A stretch of 64,000 bases of DNA from Octopus sinensis (Eukaryota), in assembly GCF_006345805.1 (NCBI RefSeq), contig NC_042997.1, positions 206,646,001-206,710,000 of the forward strand, given 5' to 3'. The notes under the pieces were generated by a model. The model ran no database searches, was not told the origin of the DNA, and saw nothing but the letters and a program-made list of their open reading frames with translations. This document shows positions 63,592-64,000 of the stretch, in pieces; the stretch's first letter is position 1, and each line of letters starts with the position of its first letter. The position numbers and the translations under genes were made by a program.

Positions 63592-64000
63592 CTGCAATAA
63601 ATACAATGAATGGAAATAAATAACAGATTAATTTCAACTCTTAAATGACTTTAGACGCACAAATTTAAAAATATGGAAAAAAAAAAAAACTTTGAATGTG
63701 TGCTGATGAGGTTTAATAAAGCTGAAATGGAACCATCAACAGATATTCTGGTAATAATAAACTATCCTATGATAAAACATGGTTACTCTTCTCGTTATCT
63801 AAATTCTACCGAAAGAAGACAAAAACTTTCTGACTCAAAAACTAAGTGAAAAAAAAAGAGACGTGATACTCTCCCCTGAAGTACATAGATTTTCCCTTCC
63901 TCTCTCTCTTCCCCCTCTCTCTCTCTTTCACTGCTATAATAGCAAGTCCAGCAAGCAACAAACACATGGAGATAGATTAAAATTTGGTAAAAGAATCAAA

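Overview
AT-rich, repeat-dense animal genomic DNA, most likely octopus/cephalopod (inferred from the SINE and RTE families and the (GAT)n/(TA)n tails). The only host gene found is a minus-strand PARP14-like mono-ADP-ribosyltransferase. Five exons are recoverable with GT-AG sites and consistent phases: 63358-63591, 40294-41715, 31141-31274, 30155-30332 and 25448-25716. They encode RRM, KH-like region, the start of a macrodomain and a complete ART catalytic domain. The expected middle exons are not visible, and a 100-N gap lies in that interval. The rest is mostly mobile DNA: two RTE LINE families (one with a PHD finger inside the RT), R4/Dong-like RLE LINE remnants, a full-length Tx1-like LINE with a 15-bp TSD that splits a tRNA-derived SINE and carries a complete mariner, a decayed hAT transposon, MITEs and SINEs. 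Standout observations: (1) a ~7.1-kb, ~34-copy 212-bp satellite amplified from the 3' end of the hAT transposase gene while still inside the element; (2) a canonical minimal type I hammerhead ribozyme at 28536-28578; (3) the Tx1-in-SINE insertion, possibly target-specific; (4) the incomplete macrodomain/WWE region of the PARP gene. All calls are by eye; no database searches were run.
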